Sequence record: OR539221.1
Length of the DNA: 64,000 nt
DNA from: Escherichia phage vB-Eco-KMB42
Direction: 5' to 3' (one strand)
Under the pieces are notes generated by a model that saw only the letters and a list, made by a program, of their open reading frames with translations, was not told the DNA's origin and did not search any database. The first letter of the stretch is position 1; every line of letters starts with the position of its first letter. A program made the position numbers and the translations under genes. Below are positions 1 through 10,179 of this stretch, in pieces.

Positions 1-1
1 G

Positions 2-1273
2 GTACGTCGTGCTATTCCTAACCTGATTGCTTTCGATATTTGCGGTGTTCAGCCGATGAACAGCCCGACTGGTCAGGTATTCGCACTGCGCGCAGTATAT
101 GGTAAAGACCCAATCGCTTCCGGCGCTAAAGAAGCATTCCACCCAATGTATGGTCCAGATGCAATGTTCTCTGGTCAGGGTGCTGCTAAGAAATTCGCTG
201 CTTTGAAAGCAAGTGATACTCTTGAAGTCGGAACTATTTACACCCACTTCTTCCAGGACACTGGTACTGTGTATCTGCAAGCTACAGCAGCTAAACAAAT
301 TGATTCAGGTGCATCTGACGCAGACAAATTAGATGCTGAAATTAAGAAACAAATGGAAGCTGGTGTACTGGTAGAAATCGCTGAAGGTATGGCTACTTCT
401 ATCGCTGAACTTCAAGAAGGTTTTAACGGTTCTACCGATAACCCGTGGAATGAAATGGGCTTCCGTATCGATAAACAAGTTATCGAAGCTAAATCTCGCC
501 AGCTGAAAGCTGCTTACTCTATTGAATTAGCACAAGACCTCCGCGCTGTTCATGGTATGGATGCTGATGCTGAACTGTCTGGTATTCTGGCTACAGAAAT
601 TATGCTGGAAATCAACCGTGAAGTTGTTGACTGGATTAACTACTCAGCACAGGTTGGTAAATCTGGTATGACCCTGACTCCGGGTTCTAAAGCTGGTGTA
701 TTTGACTTCCAGGACCCAATCGATATTCGTGGTGCTCGCTGGGCAGGTGAATCCTTTAAAGCTCTGTTGTTCCAGATTGATAAAGAAGCAGTTGAAATCG
801 CTCGTCAAACCGGTCGTGGTGAAGGTAACTTCATTATCGCTTCCCGTAACGTAGTTAACGTTCTGGCTTCAGTTGATACCGGCATTTCTTATGCTGCGCA
901 AGGTCTGGCTACCGGCTTTAACACTGATACTACCAAGTCAGTATTTGCTGGTGTTCTGGGTGGTAAATACCGTGTATATATCGACCAGTATGCTAAACAG
1001 GATTATTTCACTGTAGGTTATAAAGGTCCGAACGAAATGGATGCTGGTATTTACTACGCTCCATATGTAGCTCTGACTCCACTGCGTGGTTCTGATCCGA
1101 AGAACTTCCAACCGGTAATGGGGTTCAAAACTCGTTACGGTATCGGTATCAACCCATTTGCAGAATCCGCTGCTCAGGCTCCGGCTTCTCGCATTCAGAG
1201 TGGTATGCCTTCTATCCTGAACAGCCTTGGTAAGAACGCTTACTTCCGCCGTGTATATGTTAAAGGTATCTAA
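2..1273 (+). CDS. 23: major capsid protein gp23, C-terminal ~424 codons (5' end lies outside the window)
   Basis: ORF open to window edge; translation recognised as T4 gp23; followed by hairpin terminator. Confidence 0.93.
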   Translation, partial: VRRAIPNLIAFDICGVQPMNSPTGQVFALRAVYGKDPIASGAKEAFHPMYGPDAMFSGQGAAKKFAALKASDTLEVGTIYTHFFQDTGTVYLQATAAKQIDSGASDADKLDAEIKKQMEAGVLVEIAEGMATSIAELQEGFNGSTDNPWNEMGFRIDKQVIEAKSRQLKAAYSIELAQDLRAVHGMDADAELSGILATEIMLEINREVVDWINYSAQVGKSGMTLTPGSKAGVFDFQDPIDIRGARWAGESFKALLFQIDKEAVEIARQTGRGEGNFIIASRNVVNVLASVDTGISYAAQGLATGFNTDTTKSVFAGVLGGKYRVYIDQYAKQDYFTVGYKGPNEMDAGIYYAPYVALTPLRGSDPKNFQPVMGFKTRYGIGINPFAESAAQAPASRIQSGMPSILNSLGKNAYFRRVYVKGI

Positions 1274-1287
1274 TCTTTGACGATTTA

Positions 1288-1312
1288 AGGGACCTTCGGG
1301 TCCCTTTAGTTG
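1288..1312 (+). terminator. rho-independent terminator after gene 23
   Basis: AGGGACC-TTCG-GGTCCCT hairpin then T-rich tract. Confidence 0.8.
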
Positions 1313-1315
1313 TTT

Positions 1316-1335
1316 TTATGGTATAAATAAATCAT
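1316..1335 (+). promoter_or_regulatory. late promoter (TATAAATA) for gene 24
   Basis: TATAAATA at 1322-1329, ~28 nt upstream of ATG. Confidence 0.7.
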
Positions 1336-1356
1336 ATAAACTGAAAGGAAAGCGCA

Positions 1357-2640
1357 ATGGCTAAAATCAACGAACTTCTGCGCGAATCAACCACAACGAA
1401 TAGCAACTCAATCGGTCGCCCAAATCTCGTTGCTTTGACTCGCGCTACCACTAAATTAATATATTCTGACATTGTAGCAACGCAAAGAACTAATCAACCT
1501 GTTGCTGCTTTTTATGGTATCAAATACCTTAACCCAGACAATGAGTTTACATTTAAAACTGGTGCTACTTACGCTGGCGAAGCTGGATATGTAGACCGAG
1601 AAAAAATCACAGAATTAACAGAAGAGTCTAAATTAACTCTCAATAAAGGCGATTTATTCAAATATAATAATATCGTTTATAAAGTATTAGAAGATACACC
1701 ATTTGCTGATATTGAAGAAAGCGACTTAGAGTTAGCTCTTCAGATTGCAATTGTTCTTTTAAAGGTTCGTCTATTTTCTGACGCAGCGTCAACAAGCAAA
1801 TTTGAAAGCTCTGATAGTGAAATTGCGGATGCTAGATTCCAGATTAATAAATGGCAAACCACAGTTAAATCTCGCAAACTTAAAACTGGTATCACAGTTG
1901 AATTAGCACAAGATTTAGAAGCAAACGGATTCGATGCTCCTAATTTCTTAGAAGATTTGCTTGCAACCGAAATGGCAGATGAAATCAATAAAGATATTCT
2001 GCAGTCTTTGATTACAGTATCAAAACGTTATAAAGTTACAGGAATTACTGATACTGGATTCATTGATTTGAGTTATGCATCTGCACCTGAAGCTGGTCGT
2101 TCATTATACCGAATGGTATGTGAAATGGTTTCGCATATCCAAAAAGAATCAACTTATACAGCAACGTTCTGTGTTGCTTCTGCTCGTGCCGCTGCGATTC
2201 TTGCTGCATCAGGTTGGTTAAAACATAAACCAGAAGATGACAAGTATCTTTCACAAAATGCCTACGGGTTCTTAGCTAATGGTTTACCGCTTTATTGCGA
2301 TACTAACAGCCCATTAGATTATGTAATCGTTGGCGTAGTAGAAAATATCGGTGAAAAAGAAATTGTTGGATCAATTTTCTATGCTCCGTATACAGAAGGT
2401 CTCGACTTGGATGACCCTGAACATGTAGGTGCATTTAAAGTTGTTGTTGATCCAGAAAGCTTGCAACCGTCTATCGGTTTATTAGTTAGATATGCTTTAT
2501 CTGCAAATCCTTACACCGTAGCAAAAGATGAAAAAGAAGCAAGAGTAATTGATGGTGGAGACATGGATAAAATGGCGGGTCGTTCAGATTTGTCTGTTTT
2601 ATTAGGTGTTAAGCTACCAAAAATTATCATTGATGAATAA
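1357..2640 (+). CDS. 24: capsid vertex protein gp24 (427 aa)
   Basis: size and sequence match T4 gp24, paralogous to gp23 C-terminal region; late promoter TATAAATA 1322-1329 and SD upstream. Confidence 0.93.
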   Translation: MAKINELLRESTTTNSNSIGRPNLVALTRATTKLIYSDIVATQRTNQPVAAFYGIKYLNPDNEFTFKTGATYAGEAGYVDREKITELTEESKLTLNKGDLFKYNNIVYKVLEDTPFADIEESDLELALQIAIVLLKVRLFSDAASTSKFESSDSEIADARFQINKWQTTVKSRKLKTGITVELAQDLEANGFDAPNFLEDLLATEMADEINKDILQSLITVSKRYKVTGITDTGFIDLSYASAPEAGRSLYRMVCEMVSHIQKESTYTATFCVASARAAAILAASGWLKHKPEDDKYLSQNAYGFLANGLPLYCDTNSPLDYVIVGVVENIGEKEIVGSIFYAPYTEGLDLDDPEHVGAFKVVVDPESLQPSIGLLVRYALSANPYTVAKDEKEARVIDGGDMDKMAGRSDLSVLLGVKLPKIIIDE

Positions 2641-2643
2641 ATC

Positions 2644-2668
2644 AAAGGGACCGAAAGGTCCCTTTTTA
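2644..2668 (+). terminator. terminator after gene 24 (GAAA tetraloop), also at 3' end of convergent rnlB
   Basis: GGGACC-GAAA-GGTCCC followed by TTTTTATTT. Confidence 0.8.
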
Positions 2669-2669
2669 T

Positions 2670-3674
2670 TTAGCTCACCAACTCAATCCAAGCCGGACGA
2701 AGTACATCTTGTACCATTTTAACTAATTCCTTTTTAACCAAAGAAGGATTATCCGCTTGAGTTAGAGTAATACCTTCACGAGAAGTTTCTTCCAAAATAT
2801 CTTGAACAGTTAGTCCCATCACCTTTCCAAAATCTTTTGGACCAATTTCGCCAATTTTAGAAATAACGTTATTTACTCGGTTCAGTGTAACGTAACAAGC
2901 TAAAATCCCCACCAATTTGTTATCAGCTTCTGACAATTCAACTTTAGCTTTAATAGGCTTATCAGACTTTTTCTTTTCACTAAATTTAGAATTCTTACAT
3001 TTGATGGCTACACGATTTCCATTATGAAGCCAAGAAGGATAACAAGGTTTCAATACATATCCTTCAGCAGTAAATACTTCGCCTTTTGCTTCGGCATTCC
3101 AAACGCATTTATTTGCATCAACTAATCCAGCATGGTCTACTGTAAAATTATAATCTTGGACGACAGAATCTAAATCATTTGGCAATTTAATAAGCTCTTC
3201 AAATTTACCGCGACCTAAAAGTGGAGCCATTTTAAATTTAAATGTATTACAGAATGATTCCATCATATAATCATCGACATAAGTCACATCACCACTTTCT
3301 GTAGTGACAATAATGTCAAATACATAAAAATCTTTATCACCATAATCAACATTCTTCTGAATGCCAGGTCCAGCGAATTCGCCAAAGACTTGATAAGATA
3401 CAACCGCTGAAGTTTCCATAATATCTTGTACTGCTTTAATGGAATCAGCGTAATTCTTTAGAATAATTTCATACCCAAAGAAATCTTCAGCAGGAAGAAT
3501 CGGTCCAGTACGTTTAGCGCAAGTTACTTTATCACGCCCAATAATCAATGAGAAATTTGTGCCGTGAATCTTTTCACGAGCTACCCATTCGCCGCCAGTC
3601 AATCCTAAGCTATAAAGTTTTTCAATAAATTTAGAGTTGTAATGATTTTCAAGACTGCTATACTTTTTAAACAT
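2670..3674 (-). CDS. rnlB: RNA ligase 2 (334 aa)
   Basis: N-terminus [13 protein letters not shown] and KIHGTN nucleotidyltransferase motif; T4 Rnl2 length. Confidence 0.92.
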   Translation of the reverse strand: MFKKYSSLENHYNSKFIEKLYSLGLTGGEWVAREKIHGTNFSLIIGRDKVTCAKRTGPILPAEDFFGYEIILKNYADSIKAVQDIMETSAVVSYQVFGEFAGPGIQKNVDYGDKDFYVFDIIVTTESGDVTYVDDYMMESFCNTFKFKMAPLLGRGKFEELIKLPNDLDSVVQDYNFTVDHAGLVDANKCVWNAEAKGEVFTAEGYVLKPCYPSWLHNGNRVAIKCKNSKFSEKKKSDKPIKAKVELSEADNKLVGILACYVTLNRVNNVISKIGEIGPKDFGKVMGLTVQDILEETSREGITLTQADNPSLVKKELVKMVQDVLRPAWIELVS

Positions 3675-3683
3675 AATTAATCC

Positions 3684-3962
3684 TCAAAATGTAATTTCTA
3701 ACCAATCACCATCACGCTGATCACTATTGACTTTAAAGCTGAATCCTTCTTTTCTCAGCCAATCACCAATTTCTTCAGTAATCAATTTATCACGAGCAGT
3801 ACAATAATAACTAAAATATGTTTTACCTTGTTCAGCTGCTTTATTAGCAAGTTCCGAAAAATCTTTAATAAAACACTCTAGTTTAAACTGTTTGCTTTTA
3901 AGTGCTTTTTCGCGTAATTGATTAGCAAAAGATTCATTTTCATAAAGATCATACTGTTCCAT
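3684..3962 (-). CDS. hypothetical protein (T4 24.2 position)
   Basis: ORF in syntenic position, tightly packed with neighbours. Confidence 0.6.
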   Translation of the reverse strand: MEQYDLYENESFANQLREKALKSKQFKLECFIKDFSELANKAAEQGKTYFSYYCTARDKLITEEIGDWLRKEGFSFKVNSDQRDGDWLEITF

Positions 3963-4164
3963 TTTTCACCTTTTTATTAATATGTCTTTTTCTATAGACA
4001 ACTTTTTCTCGAGTCTCAAATTTATTCTTAGCAGTCATAGCTCGAGCCCATAATACAGCCACTTCTTTTGCCTGTAAGTTCAATTCACGAGCAATTTCAA
4101 TGAATGACTTTCCAGACTCATGAAGAGTAAACACCACAACCTCAGTTCTCATAATCAATCTCAT
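3949..4164 (-). CDS. hypothetical protein (T4 24.3 position)
   Basis: ORF in syntenic position; sigma70-like -10 TATATAAT upstream. Confidence 0.55.
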   Translation of the reverse strand: MRLIMRTEVVVFTLHESGKSFIEIARELNLQAKEVAVLWARAMTAKNKFETREKVVYRKRHINKKVKNGTV

Positions 4165-4230
4165 GTTATCGAGTTGGTGCCATTATATACATCGTTTTCT
4201 GACTATGTTTCGTGTGCTTTCAAAATGAAG

Positions 4231-4250
4231 AAAGGGGCCGAAGCCCCTTA
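4231..4250 (-). terminator. hairpin terminator downstream of hoc
   Basis: minus-strand GGGGC-TTCG-GCCCC then TTTCTTC. Confidence 0.6.
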
Positions 4251-4253
4251 CGA

Positions 4254-5672
4254 TTATGGATAGGTATAGATGATACCAGTTTCTAAAGCAGTTTTATGAA
4301 TGATGTATCCATTGCGCGATTCTTGGACATCAACTTCTGGATAGTCTTTCATCATCTTCTGAAGCGTATAACGATGCAAGTAGTACTTACTATCTGGGTC
4401 GTCAGTTTTCCAATCTTTACCTTCTTCAGTCATTTTTTGGATTTCATCCATAACCCACCAACCGCACCAGATATAAGCTGAAGTACGGTGCGGAAGAGGA
4501 TGAACATAAGGCAATTCACCTTCTGGTTCTGGAGCAACTTTATCAGTCACTTGAACTTGACCTGTTGTTTTAACTGTTTTGCTATCATAATCAGTTGCTG
4601 TAACGACAGCAGTAACTTCAATAGTTTGACTTCCAACAGATGAGGTATCGACAGTATATACGTTAGTTGACCCTTCTACAGGAGAAGAATCTTTCTTCCA
4701 CGAGTAAGTAATTTGTGCTTCTTCTGGAGCATCCGTAACATTAGCCGTAAATGTAGCTGAAGCATCTTGCTGAACGTTAATAGAAGGAGGAGTCAATGTA
4801 ACCTGTGGATTCATTGTCTTCTTATTAACTGTCAATGACACTTCATTAGAAGTAACTTCCTTTTCATTGTAATTTTCTGCTGTTACTTGGGCTACGCATT
4901 TAATTCTTTTTACTCCACTTGTAGTTGGAGTATAGCTAAATGTAGAGTTAGTTTCTCCACCAACTTGTGAATCATCTACATACCACTGATACGTAGCAGA
5001 TGCTCCATCAGGTTGAGAAGCTAAGGCAGCAGTAAATTGAACTGGGGTTCCAATTACTCCAGCTGAAGGACTATCGGGAGTTACTGCCAAAGTAGTTGTC
5101 TGTGTCTTTTTATTAACAGTCAGTGACACTTCATTAGAAGTAACTTCTTTTGCATCATAATCTGTCGCGGTTACTTGAGCTACACACTTAATTGTTTTAA
5201 CTCCACTTGTGTCAGGAGTGTAATTGAATGTAGCGCTAGTCGCTTCGCTCACAGGAGAACTGTCAACGTACCATTGATACGTAGCAGATGCGCCTGATGG
5301 CTGCGAAGCCAAAGCAGCGGTAAATTTAACAGCTGTTCCAATCACTCCAGCCGCAGGACTAGCAGGAGTTACGGCTAAGGTAGTCGTCTGTGTCTTATTT
5401 TTAACTGTGATAGTTGTTGTCGCTTCAGCCGTTTCCGGGCCTCCTTCAGAAAGTGTATTTGTTGCAACTACTTTAATAGTCTTTTGACCAGCAGGACCTT
5501 TTAATACATAATCAAAAGTTGCTTCAGACCCATCTTGTGGAGCATTATCTACACTCCAAGCATAAGTAATAGTTCCACCTCCAGTTTCACCACTGGGTGC
5601 AGCAGTAAACTGCTTGGTTTCATCAATAACTCCTGACGGTGTTTTAGGAGTTATATCAACTGTAAAAGCCAT
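4254..5672 (-). CDS. hoc: Hoc outer capsid decoration protein, 472 aa with tandemly duplicated Ig-like domain
   Basis: N-terminus MAFTVDITPKTP and C-terminal capsid-binding region match T4 Hoc; internal 96-aa repeat. Confidence 0.9.
   Translation of the reverse strand: MAFTVDITPKTPSGVIDETKQFTAAPSGETGGGTITYAWSVDNAPQDGSEATFDYVLKGPAGQKTIKVVATNTLSEGGPETAEATTTITVKNKTQTTTLAVTPASPAAGVIGTAVKFTAALASQPSGASATYQWYVDSSPVSEATSATFNYTPDTSGVKTIKCVAQVTATDYDAKEVTSNEVSLTVNKKTQTTTLAVTPDSPSAGVIGTPVQFTAALASQPDGASATYQWYVDDSQVGGETNSTFSYTPTTSGVKRIKCVAQVTAENYNEKEVTSNEVSLTVNKKTMNPQVTLTPPSINVQQDASATFTANVTDAPEEAQITYSWKKDSSPVEGSTNVYTVDTSSVGSQTIEVTAVVTATDYDSKTVKTTGQVQVTDKVAPEPEGELPYVHPLPHRTSAYIWCGWWVMDEIQKMTEEGKDWKTDDPDSKYYLHRYTLQKMMKDYPEVDVQESRNGYIIHKTALETGIIYTYP
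4821..5396 (-). repeat. tandem 288-bp duplication inside hoc encoding two ~80% identical 96-aa Ig-like domains
   Basis: protein segments KTQTTTLAVTP...EVSLTVNK repeated twice. Confidence 0.85.
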
Positions 5673-5681
5673 AAGTTATCC

Positions 5682-6362
5682 TTATTTTAATGTTACGAAA
5701 GAAGAATTGCGTGTTTCACGAATTAAAACTGATCCGTCGCGATTAATGTAATAAATTAAGCTAAACAGAGTTTGGTGTGCTGACGCGTGTTCAAAACTAG
5801 TTGGATGAGATTTCCAATCAGGAGTTTCAGCGATCCATTGATAAATCCACCAAGGAACCGTACAGAATCCTGGATTTTTCCCCAATAATTGAAGATTCGG
5901 GCTAAAGTTTTCCGGAAGAGTAAATACAGACGGCTTTTCAGATTCAATAATCTCAGCTACAGCTTGTTCAAACTTTTCTTCAACAAAAGGAGTGTCTTCA
6001 ATCAAACCATCAGTATTTTCAGGAATTTTATCCGTTTCTACCACTTCAATTTTAACATCAGATTTAACTGGAGAATCAATCAGAAGTGCTGCTTCTGGAT
6101 TAACTTCTTCATCGTCATATTTTAATCCCTCTGCAGCATCAGCAGCATCAATTAAGTCTTTAATAGATAACCCATCAGTCTCTGGCATAGGTTCACTAGC
6201 GAGCTTCTGGAGGGCTTCTTCAATATCAACAACGATATTATCAAAAGATTTATTCTTTTTGACCTTTATACCAAACTGTTCAGCGTATTCAGCTAATTTA
6301 GCTTTAGCTTCTTTATTATCATCAAGAGCCTTCAGCTCTGCAATATAATCTTTATCTATCAT
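5682..6362 (-). CDS. inh: Inh, inhibitor of prohead protease (226 aa)
   Basis: synteny between hoc and uvsW, T4 Inh size. Confidence 0.8.
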   Translation of the reverse strand: MIDKDYIAELKALDDNKEAKAKLAEYAEQFGIKVKKNKSFDNIVVDIEEALQKLASEPMPETDGLSIKDLIDAADAAEGLKYDDEEVNPEAALLIDSPVKSDVKIEVVETDKIPENTDGLIEDTPFVEEKFEQAVAEIIESEKPSVFTLPENFSPNLQLLGKNPGFCTVPWWIYQWIAETPDWKSHPTSFEHASAHQTLFSLIYYINRDGSVLIRETRNSSFVTLK

Positions 6363-6369
6363 AATATTT

Positions 6370-6390
6370 CCTCAGTATAAATATAGATAT
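6370..6390 (+). promoter_or_regulatory. late promoter (TATAAATA) for uvsW
   Basis: TATAAATA at 6376-6383. Confidence 0.65.
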
Positions 6391-6412
6391 ATTTATTACA
6401 TGGTATTTAGAC

Positions 6413-7924
6413 ATGACTGACATTAAAGTACATTTTTATGATTTTAGTCACGTGAGAATTGATTGTGAAGAAAGTACATTTCATGAACTCCGTGATTTCT
6501 TTAGCTTTGAAGCTGATGGGTATCGTTTTAATCCGAAATACAAATATGGCAACTGGGATGGACGAATCCGTCTTTTAGATTATAATCGTCTTCTTCCATT
6601 CGGCTTAGTCGGGCAAATTAAAAAGTTCTGTGATAACTTTGGCTATAAAGCCTGGATTGACCCACAAATTAACGAAAAAGAAGAATTATCAAGAAAAGAT
6701 TTTGATGAATGGCTTTCTAAATTAGAAATCTATTCAGGAAATAAAAGAATTGAACCACACTGGTATCAAAAAGATGCAGTGTTCGAAGGATTAGTTAATC
6801 GTCGTAGAATTCTTAATCTTCCAACTTCGGCTGGTAAATCTTTAATTCAAGCTTTGCTTGCGCGATATTATTTGGAAAATTATGAAGGTAAAATTCTTAT
6901 CATTGTTCCAACAACTGCTCTGACAACTCAGATGGCTGATGACTTTGTTGATTATCGTTTATTCAGTCACGCAATGATAAAGAAAATTGGTGGCGGAGCA
7001 TCAAAAGATGATAAATATAAAAATGATGCACCAGTCGTTGTTGGTACATGGCAAACTGTAGTAAAACAACCAAAAGAATGGTTCTCACAGTTTGGAATGA
7101 TGATGAATGATGAATGCCATCTTGCTACAGGAAAAAGTATTTCATCTATCATATCAGGTTTAAATAACTGCATGTTCAAATTTGGTCTATCTGGTTCATT
7201 ACGTGATGGCAAAGCCAATATCATGCAGTATGTTGGAATGTTTGGTGAAATATTTAAGCCAGTAACGACTTCTAAATTAATGGAAGATGGGCAAGTAACT
7301 GAGCTAAAAATTAATAGTATTTTTCTTCGCTATCCCGATGAGTTCACTACTAAATTAAAGGGAAAAACTTATCAAGAAGAAATAAAAATTATTACGGGGC
7401 TTAGTAAAAGAAATAAATGGATCGCTAAATTAGCTATTAAGCTTGCGCAAAAAGATGAAAACGCTTTTGTCATGTTTAAACATGTATCGCACGGTAAAGC
7501 TATTTTCGATTTAATTAAAAATGAATACGATAAAGTTTATTACGTATCAGGGGAAGTTGATACCGAAACACGCAATATAATGAAAACCTTAGCTGAAAAT
7601 GGTAAAGGAATAATTATAGTAGCTAGTTATGGTGTATTTTCTACTGGTATTTCAGTTAAAAATCTGCATCACGTTGTTTTAGCGCACGGTGTTAAATCAA
7701 AAATCATTGTATTACAAACAATCGGTCGTGTATTACGTAAGCATGGTTCTAAGACAATAGCAACAGTCTGGGACCTCATAGATGATTGTGGTGTTAAGCC
7801 AAAATCTGCTAATACGAAAAAGAAATATGTTCATTTGAACTATCTTTTAAAACACGGCATTGATCGTATTCAGCGCTACGCAGATGAAAAATTCAATTAC
7901 GTAATGAAAACAGTTAATTTATAA
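6413..7924 (+). CDS. uvsW: UvsW DNA/RNA helicase (503 aa)
   Basis: helicase motifs (Walker A PTSAGKS, DECH box), late promoter TATAAATA 6376-6383. Confidence 0.92.
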   Translation: MTDIKVHFYDFSHVRIDCEESTFHELRDFFSFEADGYRFNPKYKYGNWDGRIRLLDYNRLLPFGLVGQIKKFCDNFGYKAWIDPQINEKEELSRKDFDEWLSKLEIYSGNKRIEPHWYQKDAVFEGLVNRRRILNLPTSAGKSLIQALLARYYLENYEGKILIIVPTTALTTQMADDFVDYRLFSHAMIKKIGGGASKDDKYKNDAPVVVGTWQTVVKQPKEWFSQFGMMMNDECHLATGKSISSIISGLNNCMFKFGLSGSLRDGKANIMQYVGMFGEIFKPVTTSKLMEDGQVTELKINSIFLRYPDEFTTKLKGKTYQEEIKIITGLSKRNKWIAKLAIKLAQKDENAFVMFKHVSHGKAIFDLIKNEYDKVYYVSGEVDTETRNIMKTLAENGKGIIIVASYGVFSTGISVKNLHHVVLAHGVKSKIIVLQTIGRVLRKHGSKTIATVWDLIDDCGVKPKSANTKKKYVHLNYLLKHGIDRIQRYADEKFNYVMKTVNL

Positions 7925-7939
7925 GGGCTTCGGCCCTTT
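7923..7939 (+). terminator. UUCG hairpin after uvsW
   Basis: GGGC-TTCG-GCCC then TTT. Confidence 0.5.
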
Positions 7940-7949
7940 GGAGAAAAAG

Positions 7950-8183
7950 ATGTTACTAGAATTTAAACAATTTCTTTATGAAGCTTCTATTGATGAATTT
8001 ATGGGTAAAATTGCCTCTTGTCAAACATTAGAAGGTTTAGAAGAACTTGAAGCTTATTATAAGAAAAGAGTCAAAGAAACTGAATTAAAAGATACTGATG
8101 ACATCTCTGTGAGAGATGCTTTGGCAGGAAAAAGAGCTGAATTAGAAGATTCAGACGATGATGAAGTAGAAGAAAGTTTTTAA
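7950..8183 (+). CDS. uvsW.1: UvsW.1 small acidic protein; ATG start preferred over TTG start of ORF track
   Basis: SD GGAGAAAAAG before ATG at 7950; synteny. Confidence 0.7.
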   Translation: MLLEFKQFLYEASIDEFMGKIASCQTLEGLEELEAYYKKRVKETELKDTDDISVRDALAGKRAELEDSDDDEVEESF

Positions 8184-8184
8184 A

Positions 8185-8215
8185 TAAAAAAGGCCCAACC
8201 GAAAAGGAAGGGCCA
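8185..8215 (-). terminator. minus-strand hairpin plus T-run after uvsY.-2-position ORF
   Basis: GGCCC / GGGCC stem with 13-nt loop followed (minus) by TTTTTTATTTA. Confidence 0.45.
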
Positions 8216-8237
8216 AAACTATAGACTAAAGGTCACA

Positions 8238-8405
8238 CTATAGCAAAAGTTGTGTTTCATTTAATTGTTCTTCCGAACTTTCTGAAACTGGTAGTTCTTT
8301 AATGTAATTATAGCAAGGCCCAGGATGTACAGGACCTTTGTCTGTTTCAACAACCAATGCAGAATCGATTGGAGTTTTACAGACAACACAAATCTTATCT
8401 GACAT
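8238..8405 (-). CDS. small Cys-containing protein (~55 aa; T4 uvsY.-2 position), not in ORF track
   Basis: ATG with SD GAGGAGACA, late promoter TATAAATA (minus) at 8431-8438; manual translation MSDKICVVCKTP... Confidence 0.45.
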   Translation of the reverse strand: MSDKICVVCKTPIDSALVVETDKGPVHPGPCYNYIKELPVSESSEEQLNETQLLL

Positions 8406-8424
8406 GATTGTCTCCTCTGAATTA

Positions 8425-8445
8425 TATATCTATTTATACAACTCT
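8425..8445 (-). promoter_or_regulatory. late promoter (TATAAATA on minus strand) upstream of uvsY.-2/uvsY region
   Basis: plus-strand TATTTATA at 8431-8438. Confidence 0.55.
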
Positions 8446-8658
8446 CATATGCATATCAATGCCCATATCTTTAGAATAAAAATATTCATCAAGATATCCA
8501 GCAAATTTTCCTTTAATATAAAGGACATCTTCACCACATGGATGGTCGGCCAGGATACGAATATCCTGACGCTTAAGATTATACTTTTTCATTAAGAATT
8601 GAATTTCCGTTTCAAATTCTTCTTCATAATTAAAAGCATCATCAATGTTATATCTCAT
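8434..8658 (-). CDS. hypothetical protein (T4 uvsY.-1 position, 74 aa)
   Basis: ORF, stop overlaps uvsY start. Confidence 0.6.
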   Translation of the reverse strand: MRYNIDDAFNYEEEFETEIQFLMKKYNLKRQDIRILADHPCGEDVLYIKGKFAGYLDEYFYSKDMGIDMHMRVV

Positions 8659-9071
8659 TATTTTCCAGCCTCAAATGCCCGCATGTCTTGAATATGCTTA
8701 ATAGCAAATCCACGTGATTTAATAGCATCAAGAGCTCCGCTACAGAAATCTAATAAAATCCCCCAATATTGTAACGAGGTATCAACCTTTAAAACATCCT
8801 TATCAGCTGATAGAACTGTCTTCATTTCTGATTTCTCGTAACGATCCATACTAAATTCATCACCATCTCCTCGTCCCGAGTAGTAATCTAATTTAGCTTT
8901 AAGAGCAACTTTTTTCTGTGCTTCAATTCTAAGCATTTCCTTTTTAATACTTGAATGCTTATTAAGCCATTTACTATATAACATCACATTATTAGCTGCT
9001 TCATACTGTAATTTAGTCGAATCTATAAACACATCTTTCTTCAATTCTTCTTGAAGATCTTCTAATCTCAT
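8658..9071 (-). CDS. uvsY: UvsY recombination mediator (137 aa)
   Basis: size and sequence match T4 UvsY. Confidence 0.9.
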   Translation of the reverse strand: MRLEDLQEELKKDVFIDSTKLQYEAANNVMLYSKWLNKHSSIKKEMLRIEAQKKVALKAKLDYYSGRGDGDEFSMDRYEKSEMKTVLSADKDVLKVDTSLQYWGILLDFCSGALDAIKSRGFAIKHIQDMRAFEAGK

Positions 9072-9137
9072 ATTGTTCTCTATTCAATTGTTATTGGATG
9101 GACTTAGATTCATTATACCACGTTTTAACGTGAAGCA

Positions 9138-9536
9138 TTATACCCTATTACTGGAAGCCAGTTGCAGTTTTATCTGCTCAATATCATCAGGATTATCGAT
9201 GACCGAAAAGCGTATTTCTACTATCAGAGTATAATCATCATAAACCGGTATTACATTAACTGCTAATTTATCAATACGTGGCTCATAGTTTCTTACTGCG
9301 CTTTCGATATTACGCTCAACCGTGTCAGCAGTAAGAGGAGTCATATTCTCAAAAAGTTGGTCAGATAAATCACATCCAAATTCAGGGTCAAACGGTCTTG
9401 AACCTTTTCTTGTTGTAATAATTCCTAAAAGACTATTTTTAATTGACCTTAATCCAAGTGATCTTGAAACGTCTTTGTTCCAATCCATTTTCATCTCTGG
9501 GTCAATATCAGAATAAAGCTTATTAATATTTGCCAT
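9138..9536 (-). CDS. 25: baseplate wedge protein gp25 (132 aa)
   Basis: sequence/size match T4 gp25; synteny. Confidence 0.9.
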   Translation of the reverse strand: MANINKLYSDIDPEMKMDWNKDVSRSLGLRSIKNSLLGIITTRKGSRPFDPEFGCDLSDQLFENMTPLTADTVERNIESAVRNYEPRIDKLAVNVIPVYDDYTLIVEIRFSVIDNPDDIEQIKLQLASSNRV

Positions 9537-10162
9537 TACAATAGCTCAAAGAATTCTTTGAGTCCTCTTATTACATGAGCGTGAATTTTTCCACACTCTG
9601 GACATTTAATTGGAACAGCCAAATAAACAGTAGGCTTTAAAAGCATATCTTTTATAGCTACAATATCTGACTCTGTGATGATAGAATATAAATCTTCCAA
9701 TTCTTTTTCATTTAAGTCTTCAACTGGAATGCTTTCCCCGTTAGCGTGAATCGTTTCTATACATGATACTATCATGTGGGCTATATTTTTATCATCAAAA
9801 ATTTTAGGGTAATGGAATTTAATTTTAATGTCACCCAGTGTATACCAGAGGTCTTCTGGTGCATCTATTTGTGTATGTAATAGATTTATATGGGTTGGTA
9901 TTTCAGTTCCGCAGGTGCACTTCCAGGAGTTTTCGTGATTAACTTCGCCAAGAGAATGTGCCCATAAATGAATCAACAATAGTTCTGATTCTTGACGATT
10001 TAAATCTTTTGCATTTGTGCAGTCTTTGATTAGCTTTTTAACAATTACTTCTACGGAACCATTATTTTTGGCAGTAATAAGTTCTAGATATTCTTTAAGC
10101 GTGAATGCGCGACAATTGATTATTTTAGAACCAACTCTCACATCAAATTTGTATTCATACAT
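9536..10162 (-). CDS. 26: baseplate hub protein gp26 (208 aa)
   Basis: synteny and size; stop overlaps gene 25 start. Confidence 0.88.
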   Translation of the reverse strand: MYEYKFDVRVGSKIINCRAFTLKEYLELITAKNNGSVEVIVKKLIKDCTNAKDLNRQESELLLIHLWAHSLGEVNHENSWKCTCGTEIPTHINLLHTQIDAPEDLWYTLGDIKIKFHYPKIFDDKNIAHMIVSCIETIHANGESIPVEDLNEKELEDLYSIITESDIVAIKDMLLKPTVYLAVPIKCPECGKIHAHVIRGLKEFFELL

Positions 10163-10179
10163 ATTTAGCTCCTTTATTT

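Noticed and set aside
1740-2254. Minus-strand ORFs 1740-1988 and 2060-2254 inside gene 24
   Set aside because: Entirely embedded antisense to a well-supported, conserved structural gene; no SD; typical chance ORFs.
4296-6348. Plus-strand ORFs 4296-4481, 5889-6125 and 5992-6348 and minus-strand ORF 5756-5947
   Set aside because: Antisense or out-of-frame within hoc and inh; low-complexity translations (S/F/N-rich); no translation signals.
7938-7949. TTG start of ORF 7938-8183 (and TTG start 54040 for gene 38)
   Set aside because: An in-frame ATG with a well-spaced SD lies 12 nt downstream in both cases; the ATG start is preferred.
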